Source: Macrostomum lignano (Eukaryota). Taken from it: 64,000 nucleotides of DNA. The notes below the pieces were generated by a model, which had not been told where the DNA came from, searched no databases, and saw nothing but the letters and a program-made list of their open reading frames with translations. How positions within the stretch are numbered: the stretch's first letter is position 1; every line of letters starts with the position of its first letter. A program made the translations under genes and the position numbers. Shown in pieces: positions 38,010-59,633 of this stretch. The DNA lies in NCBI GenBank assembly GCA_002269645.1, contig NIVC01002952.1, positions 1 to 64,000 on the forward strand, read 5' to 3'.

Positions 38010-39031
38010 CAGCGGTTCGGCCAACTTTTTTTACCTCAAGGGCTAGATGGAGAAACTAGCGCATGACTGCGGGCCAAAGGGGGAGAGGAGAGGCGAAGTA
38101 ATAAAGGAGAAAATATTGGATGAGAGAGGAGGGAAGACAGAGAAAGAGAGGTGAGAAGAGGAGAGCGGAGAGTCGAGAGAGGAGAGGAGAGAAGAGACTA
38201 GAGAAGAGAGGAGACAAGAGGAGATAGACGAGAGAGAAGAAGAGAGAAGAGAGGATAGGAGGGGGAGGGGAGAGAGAAGAGACGAGAGGATAGGATAGGA
38301 GAGAAAAGAGGCGAGAGGATAGGAGAGAGAAGAGGCGAGAGGATAGGAGAGAGAAGAGGCGAGAGGATAGGAGAGAGAAGAGGCGAGAGGATAGGAGAGA
38401 GAAGAGGCGAGAGGATAGGAGAGAGAAGAGGCGAGAGGATAGGAGAGAGAAGAGGCGAGAGGATAGGAGAGAGAAGAGGCGAGAGGATAGGAGAGAGAAG
38501 AGGCGAGAGGATAGGAGAGAGAAGAGGCTAGAGGATAGGAGAGAGAAGAGGCGAGAGGATAGGAGAGAGAAGAGGCGAGAGGATAGGAGAGAGAAGAGGC
38601 GAGAGGATAGGAGAGAGAAGAGGCGAGAGGATAGGAGAGAGAAGAGGCGAGAGGATAGGAGAGAGAAGAGGCGAGAGGATAGGAGAGAGAAGAGGCGAGA
38701 GGATAGGAGAGAGAAGAGGCGAGAGGATAGGAGAGAGAAGAGGCGAGAGGATAGGAGAGAGAAGAGGCGAGAGGATAGGAGAGAGAAGAGGCGAGAGGAT
38801 AGGAGAGAGAAGAGGCGAGAGGATAGGAGAGAGAAGAGGCGAGAGGATAGGAGAGAGAAGAGGCGAGATGATAGGAGAGAGAAGAGACGAGAGGGAATTA
38901 GAGAGAAGAGAGGGGAGAGAGAAAAGGAGAGTAGAGAGTAGACAGCTGAGAAGAGACCCGGGCCTTCAGCAGACCGAATTGCTATTGTAAAGTTTCAAAA
39001 GGAGCCAAGGGCCGGAGTTTGCCGACCCCTG
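38010..39031 (+). mobile_element. Charlie-like hAT MITE containing a 24-bp GA-rich satellite (38285-38885)
   Basis: Ends CAGCGGTTCGGCCAACT / AGTTTGCCGACCCCTG; internal (GAGGATAGGAGAGAGAAGAGGCGA)n, ~24 copies; TSD not clear. Confidence 0.7.
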
Positions 39032-39579
39032 CTACCAGAGTTCAGAAAAGTTAAAATATCTATACGCATCAAAATAGAAACTTTAATATTAGTATGGTTA
39101 GTAAATTAGCTGCTACCTTGCCTGTACTATCATGGCTTTCTTATCAGTATTTTGTTGTTAGGCTTTGCACCAATATATATTATACTACTGCCAATGGTTA
39201 GAATCTAACAAATTAACTAATTAGCCAACCATCTACGCCTTATAGTTTATGTCAGTCCAGTTTAACAACGCAAACTGATAAGCATTAAATTTTTTCATAA
39301 TATCTGCATCTTGCTACTTTCATCGACCTGATGAATATTTTTACTCTTTTTACTCTACATGTAGTCATTTTTTTCCATTTTCGCAACGATGTTTTATAAT
39401 AGCTTGGACTAAAGATTTTCTTCTTTGCCTTCGTTTGCCATTCAGCCAGTCTTGTTTAAATCGAATTTCTCCACAGTTTCGTATTTACACTTTTGTCTAA
39501 GTTGCTCAGCTGTATAATAATGCCGCCCTCTGCTTGCATCCTCTGGTTCACTTCAACGTTCAATTATTCTGTTATATTC

Positions 39580-40175
39580 ATCTCCTCTCTCCCCTCTCGC
39601 CTCTCCCATCTCCTCCCATCTCCCATCTCTCCCCTCATTTCCTCTCGTCTTCCTTCTCCTCTCATCTCCCCTCTCTCCCCTAATCTCTTCTCGTCTCCCC
39701 TCTCTCTCCGCTCCTCTCATCTCCCCTCTCTCCCCTCATCTCTTCTCGTCTCCCCCCTCTCTCCTCATTTCCTCTTGTCTCCCTTCTCCTCTCATCTCCC
39801 CTTTCTCCCCTCATCTCATCTCTTCTCGTCTCCCCTCTCTCTCCGCTCCTCTTATCTCCCCTCTCTCCCCTCATTTCTTCTTATCTCCCATCTCTCCCCT
39901 CTCTTCTCATCTCCCATCTCTTCCCTCATCTCCTCTCGTCTCCCCTCTCTCTCCGCTCCTCTTATCTCCCTTCTCTCCCCTCATTTCTTCTTATCTCTCC
40001 CCTCTCCCCTCATCTCTCGTCTCCATTCTCTCCTCTCTCATCTCATCTCTTCTCATCTCCTTTCCTCTCCCTTCTCCCCTCATCTCTCTTCTGTCTTCTC
40101 TTCTCTCTGAGCCGCAGTCATGCGCTACAATCTATATCTGGCTTATGATTTAAAAAAAAAGTTTTCCGCCCCCTG
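39580..40175 (-). mobile_element. Partial reverse-oriented copy of the same Charlie-like MITE family
   Basis: Reverse complement starts CAGGGGGCGGAAAACTTTTT..TAGCGCATGACTGCGG, then GA-rich sequence, matching the start of the 38010 copy. Confidence 0.65.
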
Positions 40176-41198
40176 CTGTAAATAGACCGGGCTTGTTTTT
40201 CCTTCAGAGTTTTATTTAGCCAAAAAGTGGTGTTTTCTGCCTTAAAGTTGGAGGAACGCCTTGAATCTCAGACTGTTAAAATTTCGAATTGTTTTGTTTT
40301 TTGCTCAATGTGAAACTTGCCTCAACTTGATAATATTGCCTTAATCATGAATTATTAATATTTATTTCCAATGCTATCTGTAGATTTTGTTATTCGTTTC
40401 CTCTGTGGCTTCTGTGAGGCCTTTCCTCTTGACTCCACTGTCTCTGCTTTGCTGGTAAAATAATCGCCATATAACTCGTATGTTTAAAGTTGAAAGTCAA
40501 GTCATCAATAATAAGACAGATATAAATGCTGACTAAGGCTTTGCCACATTCCGTACATTCCCAGTCCATAATATATCCAATATAATTTTTATAATTGCCA
40601 TTCTTGCAGTTGCGAGTCTGCAACTGTTGACAAATATTTTGAAAATGAAACAACAGCACTGGTTTTTTGTCTCGTTGAGTCATTAATGTTGTTTATTATA
40701 TAAGATGAAGCAGCCGCACCTACTGACAAGCAATTGTGTCTTGCCCCTCCCTGGCCTGGGGTTGGGCTGATTAATGAACATTTTGCTGGCTTTATTGCGA
40801 GGCGCTCCATGGCCAATCAGCGGCTTGAAAAGTTTGTTACCTTGGCCACCAACTTTTCGAACGTGAGGTTGGGTGAGGTGAGCTTACTCACTCAGACTAA
40901 TGTTTAGCATCTTGCCCGTATTGCCCTGTCAGCTGGAGCCTTGGAGACGGTAATTGGCCCAACCCCCCCGCATTTGCTCGGGGGGGGGGAGAGGTGCCAA
41001 GGCAAGCAAAGGGGGCTTGGATGGCAGCTGCAGGTTTTGTGTCTGTTTTATTGCAAACTGTTGAATCGCCTCTCGGACTCACTCGGTGTCAAGACTGTGG
41101 GCGGAGGGAGGGAGGGGGTTGCGGGCCTCGGTGCTGCTTTTGCCGAGAGACGAGCTCTTGCAGACAGCGGAGCAGACAGACTATAAGCGCAGGCTTTT

Positions 41199-41206
41199 TA
41201 TAAAAG
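41199..41206 (+). promoter_or_regulatory. TATA box of the calmodulin gene
   Basis: TATAAAAG about 100 bp upstream of the ATG; CCAAT box GGCCAATCAG near 40811. Confidence 0.6.
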
Positions 41207-41286
41207 CTGCTCGACCCGATGCAGTCTGTGTGACCACCGCCTCTCGCAAACAAAACTGCAAACACACAGCCTTACGCCCCCAGTAA

Positions 41287-41998
<712 letters not shown>

Positions 41999-42342
41999 AC
42001 TCGATCTATCGTGTCGTCCGCCATATCATCGCGCCCGAAAATGAACTAAAAAACTTGACATTTTTGTGCTATATATAAAATCTTTAAATTCTGTTTGCTG
42101 TACCAGATAATCCTGTTTTCCTAATCAATAAATTGCGTTTTGGCAGCCTTGACCCGCTTCTAATCTACTAATATCTTTAATAATTATAATATATCGATTG
42201 TTCCAATAAACATAAAATAGCCACAATTGACTGAATTGCGTCTTATCTAAATTCAGGCATATTGAGTTCAACGCTGATTTCATATACACATTCCTGATGT
42301 ATTAAATGTATATTAATTTATACAACGTAGTTTCTAGTGATA

Positions 42343-42590
42343 CAGGGGTCGGCAAAATTTTTACCTTAAGGGCCAGATTAAGAATCTACGCTCGTAGCTC
42401 GTGGCTGGGGGGGCAGATAAGAGCGGAAACGAGAAGGAATACTGGGAGAGGAGAGAAGATGAGATGAGGTGTGGATGGAATGAGAGAGAGAGGAGATGAG
42501 AAGATAGGGATGAGGGAATAGAGAAGAGGGGAGAGAATAGATCTCCATAGCCATTGTGTCAAAAGGACCCGAGGGCCCAATAGATAAAAT
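42343..42590 (+). mobile_element. Third, 3'-truncated copy of the Charlie-like MITE family
   Basis: Begins CAGGGGTCGGCAAAATTTTTTACCTTAAGGGCCAGAT, with a GA-rich interior. Confidence 0.65.
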
Positions 42591-42795
42591 GACCTATAGT
42601 TTCCCGATCCTGGGTACAATGCTACCAGTATTTCAATACATGCAGCTTTGATGTACGCTCCTGCACTGGTTGCATTACTATAAGTAGCATGGAAGAGAAG
42701 GGGTGTGCACAATTAAGCCTACAGTATTAGGTGTATCGACAATAAAATTCATGCCAATAACACACTACTTTGCCATTCAATAAACCAAACAAAAG

Positions 42796-43095
42796 GAGTA
42801 CATCGAAGAGATCGACTCCGAGCTGACTGGTGTACTCGAGCTCAACACATTCATGACGCTCATGGCCGAGAAGATGAAGCCCCGCGACACTGAAGAGGCC
42901 ATCATCGAGGCGTTCCGCGTGTTCGACAAGCAGAACAGCGGCATGGTGTCGGCCTCCGAGCTGCGCAACCAGCTAACTCAACTCGGAGAGCGACTCACAG
43001 ACGAAGAGGTCGACGCGTTGATTAAAGAGGCCGACTGCGACGGGGAGGGCCAGATCCGGTACGAGGACTTTGTCCGGTCTATTATCAACCAATAG
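42796..43095 (+). CDS. Divergent calmodulin-like exon (EF2-EF4), a duplicate of CaM exon 2 with no first exon of its own found
   Basis: Open for exactly 300 nt ([49 protein letters not shown]), colinear without gaps with CaM exon 2. Preceded by AAAAG at the homologous phase-0 position (atypical, pyrimidine-poor acceptor). Confidence 0.72.
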   Translation, partial: EYIEEIDSELTGVLELNTFMTLMAEKMKPRDTEEAIIEAFRVFDKQNSGMVSASELRNQLTQLGERLTDEEVDALIKEADCDGEGQIRYEDFVRSIINQ

Positions 43096-44297
43096 CAGCA
43101 GCGCGGACTTCGACTCAATGTGGCTGACTTTTGTATTCGTTTTATTTACTTTTCATTTTTTGTAAATACCAATGCTAAACTTTTGTGTTGAACTTGTATT
43201 GGACTGTAAAATTTCTACCACCAGCTTATACATGTACAAGTTAAGCAGAGTTGACCGTGGTTAGTATATCTAGTACGTATATATAGCTGAATAGGCTGCT
43301 TGCGACATTCTCAAGTCACAATTGAAGATAGGGATAGGGATGAGCCAGGGTGCTCACAACCCTCTGGCGAATATTTGTTATTTAATTTTTCATTCATGAT
43401 CTACATGTAAACTTAACCACAGAACCTAACTGTTAATCTACTCGCTCAGATAATAGTAAAAATGAATAGTCTATGGCCATGCCAAGGACTTCTCAATAAC
43501 TAGGGACAGGAAACTACAAAAGTTGGAGGCCGATCTATTTAATTCAGCGAATCCACAGGCAGGCATACTGTGCTAATGATTTTATTGGACTAATTAAAAA
43601 TTTATGACTAAGTTACAGACTCGCCTATTATCTTATCTGATTGTCTGCCAGCCAGATTATTTATTCTTTCATCCTCCAGAAGATCAACTAAATTTGTAGC
43701 TTTACAATCTTAACATACTACTAGCTAGCAAACTGAAAAACAGCCAAGTTTATAATAAAATAATAGGTAACAAAAGCCTGAAAGACAACGGAAACAGATA
43801 CAAAGAGTTGGCAGGGACACGCGTGGTTAAAACAGTCAAATTAATTTGGCTAAATAAAATGCATTTTTATTCTGATTTATTTATTAGCAGAAATTATTAG
43901 CTAGAAAAATGATGTTAAAAACTGAGGAAAAACACTAACAAAACTGCTTTATAATAATTCTATCAGCTAAATTAGCAGCTTTGTCAAGTACTTTACAAGT
44001 AAAGCTAAATAGCTGTTTCAAACGAAACACTCAAATGCACATTCGTTCTAAACAAATAAATTGTAATAAATACATGAGACAGATTAAAAAACAAAACGCT
44101 TTGATTGTTACTAAGAGAAATGATAGTAGTATAATGAAACTTGATTAATGAATAAGCTGTTCAGAGCAAAACAATTTTAAGTATTGGTAATGCAGGTAAT
44201 TGCAATTGTTGGCACCCAGACAATTTGCATTAGCCATGCAGATTCAAAGCTGTTAGCATAATTAATTCGAAATAAATACGGGTGTAGAAAAACTTTC

Positions 44298-44725
44298 GAT
44301 GGGTTTGATTAGATCTATCAACTCTCAGGTATAGATGGGTTTGATTAGATCTATCAACTCTCAGGTATAGATGGGTTTGATTAGATCTATCAACTCTCAG
44401 GTATAGATGGGTTTGATTAGATCTATCAACTCTCAGGTATAGATGGGTTTGATTAGATCTATCAACTCTCAGGTATAGATGGGTTTGATTAGATCTATCA
44501 ACTCTCAGGTATAGATGGGTTTGATTAGATCTATCAACTCTCAGGTATAGATGGGTTTGATTAGATCTATCAATTCTCAGTATAGATGGGTTTGCTTAGA
44601 TCTATCAACTCTCAGTATAGATGGGTTTGATTAGATCTATCAACTCTCAGGTATAGATGGGTTTGATTAGATCTATCAATTCTCAGTATAGATGGGTTTG
44701 CTTAGATCTATCAACTCTCAGGTAT
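44298..44725. repeat. 36-bp minisatellite (GATGGGTTTGATTAGATCTATCAACTCTCAGGTATA)n, ~12 copies
   Basis: Head-to-tail units with no spacers. Confidence 0.95.
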
Positions 44726-45149
44726 AAATGAAATTGATTAGATTAGATCTACCAACACTCTTGTGGTATAGATGAGTTTGAACAGAATTGATTTGATTAA
44801 CACTGCATCAACAAAAGTATGAAAGTGCAGTCTGATTACCAGACTACGATATTGAGCGGACGCAATGGCAATAAACGCAAAATCATCAATCACATGCCAA
44901 AACATGCTGTAAAAACAGACTAAGAAACCGAAAGATGACACAAACAAAAGGATGGCAATAGCTGTCATAGCAGTTTGAATGAAAGGAGCAGCAAGATTTT
45001 TATAGGCAAACAAAAAACAACACTAAAAAACGCGAAATAACTATACTTCAGTCCAACGTAAATAAAGCTGGGCTAAATCTCTAAAAAATCAGAAGAAACG
45101 CTTTTTTGGATATCTAGCTCACCAGCTTAGCATGCCCAGGATGCCCCAA

Positions 45150-45754
45150 ACTTCACAAAGCTGAAATATTAAAGCTCAAACTTCACAAAGCCCAAAATTC
45201 ACCAAGCTTAAAATTACAAAGCCCAGACTTCACAAAGCCCAAACTTCACAAAGCCCAAACTTCACAAAGTTCAAACTTCACAAAGCTCAAACTTCACAAA
45301 GCTTAAAATTACAAAGCCCAGACTTCACAAAGCTCAAACTTCACAAAGCCCAAACTTCACAAAGCCCAAACTTCACAAAGCCCAAACTTCACAAAGTTTA
45401 AACTTCACAAAGCCCAAACTTCACAAATCCCAAACTTCACAAATCCCAAACTTCACAAAGCCCAAACTTCACAAAGCTCAAACTTCACAAAGCCCAAACT
45501 TCACAAAGCCCAAACTTCACAAAGCTCAAACTTCACAAAGCCCAAACTTCACAAATCCCAAACTTCACAAAGCTCAAACTTCACAAAGCCCAAACTTCAC
45601 AAAGCCCAAACTTCACAAAGCCCAAACTTCACAAATTCCAAACTTCATTAAGCCCAAACTTCACCAAGCTCAAACTTCACAAAGCCCAAACTTCACCAAG
45701 CCCAAACTTCTCAAATCCCAGACTTCACAAATCCCAAAATTCACCAAGCCCAAA
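45150..45754. repeat. 16-bp minisatellite (AAACTTCACAAAGCCC)n
   Basis: Directly visible. Confidence 0.93.
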
Positions 45755-45885
45755 CTTGGTAACCTACTCCCAGATTAAGTTCATTTTTTTCACAAAATTT
45801 TTACTTTCTCAAGAGGCTACAAAAACCAGTGAGTTGAAGCAGAAAAACACAAGAGAGACTTCTTCCGTAGACGACCTGGCAAGCG

Positions 45886-54018
<8,133 letters not shown>

Positions 54019-54139
54019 CTAGAAGTACGCTGCAGATGGTGCCACTTTGAGCGGCCACAATTTTCAGGCTGAAACAGTTTGTACGCACAAGAATTATTTT
54101 ATGATAAAGATTAAGGATAAAGAACTAGGTTGTAGAAGT

Positions 54140-55930
54140 GATCTGTGTACGTAGAGGGAAGGGGTAGGGCAGGAGCTATGTACATAAGGGGAAGGGGTAG
54201 GGCAGGAGCTGTGTACATAGGGGGAAGGGGTAGGGCAGGAGCTGTGTACATAAGGGGATGGGGTAGGGCAGGAGCTGTGTACGTAGAGGGAAGGGGTAGG
54301 GCAGGAGCTGTGTACATAAGGGGAAGGGGTAGGGCAGGAGCTGTGTACATAAGGGGAAGGGGTAGGGCAGGAGCTGTGTACATAAGGGGAAGGGGTAGGG
54401 CAGGAGCTATGTACATAAGGGAAAAGGGTAGGGCAGGAGCTGTGTACATAGGGGGAAGGGGTAGGGCAGGAGCTATGTACATAAGGGGAAGGGGTAGGGC
54501 AGGAGCTGTGTACATAAGGGGAAGGGGTAGGGCAGGATCTGTGTACATAGGGGGAAGGGGTAGGGCAGGATCTGTGTACATAAGGGGATGGGGTTTGGCA
54601 GGATCTGTGTACATAAGGGAAAAGGGTAGGGCAGGAGCTGTGTACATAGAGGGAAGGGGTAGGGCAGGAGCTGTGTACATAAGGGGAAGGGGTAGGGCAG
54701 GAGCTGTGTACATAGGGGGAAGGGGTAGGGCAGGATCTGTGTACATAGGGGGAAGGGGTAGGGCAGGATCTGTGTACATAAGGGGATGGGGTTTGGCAGG
54801 ATCTGTGTACATAAGGGAAAAGGGTAGGGCAGGAGCTGTGTACATAGAGGGAAGGGGTAGGGCAGGAGCTGTGTACATAAGGGGAAGGGGTAGGGCAGGA
54901 TCTGTGTACATAGGGGGAAGGGGTAGGGCAGGAGCTGTGTACATAAGGGGATGGGGTTTGGCAGGAGCTGTGTACATAGGGGGAAGGGGTAGGGCAGGAG
55001 CTGTGTACATAAGGGGAAGGGGTAGGGCAGGATCTGTGTACATAAGGGAAAAGGGTAGGGCAGGAGCTGTGTACATAAGGGGATGGGGTTTGGCAGGATC
55101 TGTGTACATAAGGGAAAAGGGTAGGGCAGGAGCTGTGTACATAAGGGGATGGGGTTTGGCAGGATCTGTGTACATAAGGGAAAAGGGTAGGGCAGGAGCT
55201 GTGTACATAGGGGGAAGGGGTAGGGCAGGAGCTGTGTACATAAAGGGATGGGGTTGGGCAGGAGCTGTGTACATAAGGGGATGGGGTTTGGCAGGATCTG
55301 TGTACATAAGGGAAAAGGGTAGGGCAGGATCTGTGTACATAAGGGAAAAGGGTAGGGCAGGAGCTGTGTACATAGGGGGAAGGGGTACGGCAGGAGCTGT
55401 GTACATAAAGGGATGGGGTTGGGCAGGAGCTGTGTACATAAGGGGAAGGGGTAGGGCAGGAGCTGTGTACATAAGGGAAAAGGGTAGGGCAGGAGCTGTG
55501 TACATAGGGGGAAGGGGTAGGGCAGGAGCTGTGTACATAAGGGGATGGGATTTGGCAGGATCTGTGTACATAAGGGAAAAGGGTAGGGCAGGAGCTGTGT
55601 ACATAGGGGGAAGGGGTAGGGCAGGAGCTGTGTACATAAAGGGATGGGGTTGGGCAGGATCTGTTTACATAAGGGAAAAGGGTAGGGCAGGAGCTGTGTA
55701 CATAGGGGGAGGGGTAGGGCAGGAGCTGTGTACATAAGGGGATGGGGTTGGGCAGGATCTGTTTACATAAGGGAAAAGGGTAGGGCAGGAGCTGTGTACA
55801 TAGGGGGGAGGGGTAGGGCAGGAGCTGTGTACATAAGGGGATGGGGTTGGGCAGGATCTGTGTACATAAGGGGATGGGGTTGGGCAGGAGTGTGTACATA
55901 GGGGGAAGGGGTAGGGCAGGAGCTGTGTAC
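54140..55930. repeat. 33-bp G-rich minisatellite (GGGAAGGGGTAGGGCAGGAGCTGTGTACATARG)n, ~54 copies
   Basis: Period 33 (TACATA at 54181 and 54214); as a multiple of 3 it yields several long spurious ORFs. Confidence 0.96.
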
Positions 55931-56897
55931 ATAATGGTAACGGATAGCAGGAAAGAGCTGTGCGACATGGGGGGGAGGGGTTGGGCAGGAGCTGTGTTAA
56001 TGGTAGGGTTTATAGGGTTGGCCAAGATTTGTGTAAATAAATAAATAAAAAATTGGCTGATAGCTTCTAAAAACATTGCACCATTTTTTATTGCATTATT
56101 ATTTAGCTAGTAAAATCTATAATACTTATAATACATGTAAACTAGTACAGTAGTAAAGTTTTAGTTGTAACGGAAGCAGAATTAGTAAACTTAATTGACA
56201 TTGTTTGGAAAAGTTTACCTTTGCAAAAGGCATGCAATTATCAGATGATAATTAGAAAAATTGCTAATAACAATTGACTAGCTATAAATAAGCAAAAAGA
56301 TTTTCGCAAAATAGCAATACAATCATTTAAATAGAAAAAACATGTTCACAGCCAACTAGCAAATATTGTATTTCGGTGTAAGTAGTAATAATAGAGTATG
56401 TTTTCAATCACAATATCACAATCTTGGGATTAGGGATTGTGATTATGGACTATAATTTCAACTTAAGCACATAAAAAGGAGTCCCCGATTATCCCTTTGC
56501 TTGTTCTCCCTCATCCAAATTCCAATTTTCTTCGCTTATCTGCCAAACCCAGCTTCTTAGTGACACTGTGAGCAAAATAATGCAACATCTTTATACATAG
56601 GTTACCCAGGCTTCACTTTATGAGCTCAAGTGTTGACATGTCCTTTGTTGCTGGAATTAAGAATTGCTTTCAGTGTGTCTGGACTGTTTTTAAAACTCTA
56701 GTGGGAATTCAACTTTGATATAAATAATCTCTCATTTCTTTAATAACAACTGCTTTTGTTAGTTGCTAAATGATTACAATCGGAACCAAATGTAGTAAAG
56801 TTATGTAAGCAGAACTTAGAAATTCTTAACTTGCTTGTCATTTAACTAGAGAGCAGAGCCTGAAACAACTATCTTTGCTGTCAGTCTGGGGGAAAGA

Positions 56898-57284
56898 CAT
56901 GGATGAATGAATATAATGGATTGCTATTCTGGCTCTGGCTATTTTCGTTTTTGACTCTTTTGCATCCGGTTCCCCCCGTGCCTTTTCATTGGTTGATGAT
57001 TGCCATAGACAATTTTCGGCCTTCGCCCCTTTCTTTCGATGCACAAGCGCTTTCGCTCGTGTTTTGAAATAAAGGGGGAAGACCTACGAGCGCTCGATAT
57101 TCTCTGCAAGTAACTGACATTCTCAGTTCTTTGCGCTTGTGCATCGAAAGAAAGGGGCGAAGGCCGAAAATTGTCTATGGCAATCATCAACCAATGAAAA
57201 GGCACGGGGGAACCGGATGCAAAAGAGTCAAAAACGAAAATAGCCAGAGCCAGAATAGCAATCCATTCTATTCATTCATCCATG
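56898..57284. mobile_element. Foldback MITE (387 bp): ~152-bp near-perfect inverted arms, 82-bp loop, 8-bp TSD
   Basis: Arms 56898-57050 and 57133-57284 differ by 1 substitution and 1 indel; GGGAAAGA at 56890-56897 and 57285-57292; CATG termini. Confidence 0.9.
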
Positions 57285-58544
57285 GGGAAAGAGTGCAGCT
57301 TTGAACTGCGAGCTGTCCGATAGATTGTATGTATCAGTTTGACTGGCTTCATTGTCTATGGCTAAGTGAAGTATTTACTTACATTATTTACCATAGACAT
57401 AGCATTTCCCACTTAATTTGGCCCTGCGAGCAGTCAATGTAGAGTCCTAAAGGAAAAAAAACGCCTACATGAATTCACATAGCTATAGGGGTGTTCTATG
57501 GCCAAAGCTGTCGTTCCAGTCAATTTAGGAGCAATCAGAGAGTATGGAACGTGGAGAAGCACCATTGGCAATTGCGATCCGTGGCTGAATGTAAAGATCC
57601 GAACTCTCTACTCAATCAGAAGACGATACGAGACAACTGGACGCCGAGATCGTTCACCAAAAAGGCGTCAGACGTCACAAGAAACTGCACGATGAACAAA
57701 TACGTACACGCGTTGCTTTATCTTCTTGGAGTTTTGGTAACTTTTAGGAACTGATTAATCAGTACGATGGCTCATTTGTTCTGTTGTGCTGTTCCGTATT
57801 GAGTTGTCTAGTTAGATGCATGACGACAGATGTACATAGATTTTAAATGGCTTCGCAGGACCCAATTCAGTGGGAAATGCTATATATATATATATATATA
57901 TTAAAACTAAACCGCATTTATATAATTATGTTAGCCAATCGTTTTAAATACACGGGAAGTACAGGCAGTGCAACGGTGGAAGACACTTTTAGAAGCGAAT
58001 AAATTGTCATTTTTCTGCCCAGATTTTGTGACCGGAATCAATCAATTTAAGTTGAATCGAAACAAGCTTAATTTCGTATCCAATTAGAGTTTCAATGAAA
58101 TAGATACGGCGAAATCAAATCAAATCACATATAAAAGTAATATACATGTTACATTAAGAAAGCATATACGAGCATATCTCTGTGCTTAAATACTTTAGAG
58201 AAACTACAGAAAAATTGATGGCTACTAGATTATGGTACGCTCTTATACATGCTGAAACCAAAGCTGCATTGGTGCAAAAAATCTCAAACGAAAACGCGAG
58301 TACACTCGTAGTTTGGGCGCTACTAAAAATGTGCATTTTTTAAAGCAATATCCGTTCCACTTAGAGTCAAATTGAGCAAAAAATGTTTCGATACAAAAAA
58401 CCTATTCTTCGCAGAAAGAAAAAGATTGAATGCACGAACGCGTGCAACTGGTCTGTGCGGAATACTTTAGCGGTAATAAGGAAATACTTTTGCCCAGCGA
58501 CTCTTTAGGACTGTTTCTTGGTATGTTTTCAACACAATCCAAGT

Positions 58545-59200
58545 TAGACTGTTTAAGGGCGATTCTTCAAGCCTTTCACGGTAATCTTTCAAGACAATTC
58601 AAGGGCAATCCTTCAGGACTGTTTTAAGGGCGATTCTTCAAGCCTTTCACGGTAATCTTTCAAGACAATTCAAGGGCAATCCTTCAGGACTGTTTTAAGG
58701 GCGATTCTTCAAGCCTTTCACGGTAATCTTTCAAGACAATTCAAGGGCAATCCTTCAGGACTGTTTTAAGGGCGATTCTTCAAGCCTTTCACGGTAATCT
58801 TTCAAGACAATTCAAGGGCAATCCTTCAGGACTGTTTTAAGGGCGATTCTTCAAGCCTTTCACGGTAATCTTTCAAGACAATTCAAGGGCAATCCTTCAG
58901 GACTGTTTTAAGGGCGATTCTTCAAGCCTTTCACGGTAATCTTTCAAGACAATTCAAGGGCAATCCTTCAGGACTGTTTTAAGGGCGATTCTTCAAGCCT
59001 TTCACGGTAAACTTTCAAGACAATTCAAGGGCAATCCTTCAGGACTGTTTTAAGGGCGATTCTTCAAGTCTGTTTCACGGTAATTTTTCAACACAGTTCA
59101 AGGGCAATCCTTCAGGACTGTTTTAAGGGCGATTCTTCAAGTCTGTTTCACGGTAATTTTTCAACACAGTTCAAGGGCAATGCTTCACGACTGTTTTAAG
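58545..59200. repeat. 71-bp minisatellite, ~9 copies
   Basis: GTTTTAAGGG at 58621 and 58692 (period 71). Confidence 0.93.
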
Positions 59201-59633
59201 AAGATAGTCCAAGTCTGTTCAAGCCTATTCTCCCTATCCTACTAAAGGGAGATTCTTTAGGACAGTTTATCGGCGATTAGTAAGGACCCATCAAGGCCAT
59301 TTGTTTAAGACTCGAGAGAACGAAGTGAGACTCGTTCAAGACTTTTAAAGGATATTAAGATTATGTGACTTTACAGTAAGGGTTATTCTTTCATATCGCT
59401 TAGGGAGATTTTTTCAACGCTGTTTAAACGCAACTTTTTACAAATAGATAAGGAGGATTCTCCGAAATTGTTTAAGACGATGGCAGCTGTTTTTCTTGTT
59501 ACAATAATTCCCAATCGTCAACAGTGTTTCTTAGAAAAAATATTTATGATTATTATTTCAGGCAGAGTAGCATTGATCCAAGTCAGAAACCTAATCCAAG
59601 TCAGCTTGAAGGCTGGTCAGCCAGCTGGTCTCG

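Noticed and set aside
44298-44725. CRISPR-like 36-bp repeats
   Set aside because: Units are head-to-tail with no unique spacers, there are no cas genes, and the context is eukaryotic.
54094-56076. Long ORFs of 660, 530, 508 and 420 aa (RG-rich or Pro/Cys-rich)
   Set aside because: All are frames of a 33-bp (11-codon) minisatellite; open frames on both strands are expected by chance.
57480-57760. Possible PHD-finger exon for the JmjC gene (CQWCFSTFH-like string)
   Set aside because: Interrupted by stops and lacks the C4HC3 spacing in any frame.
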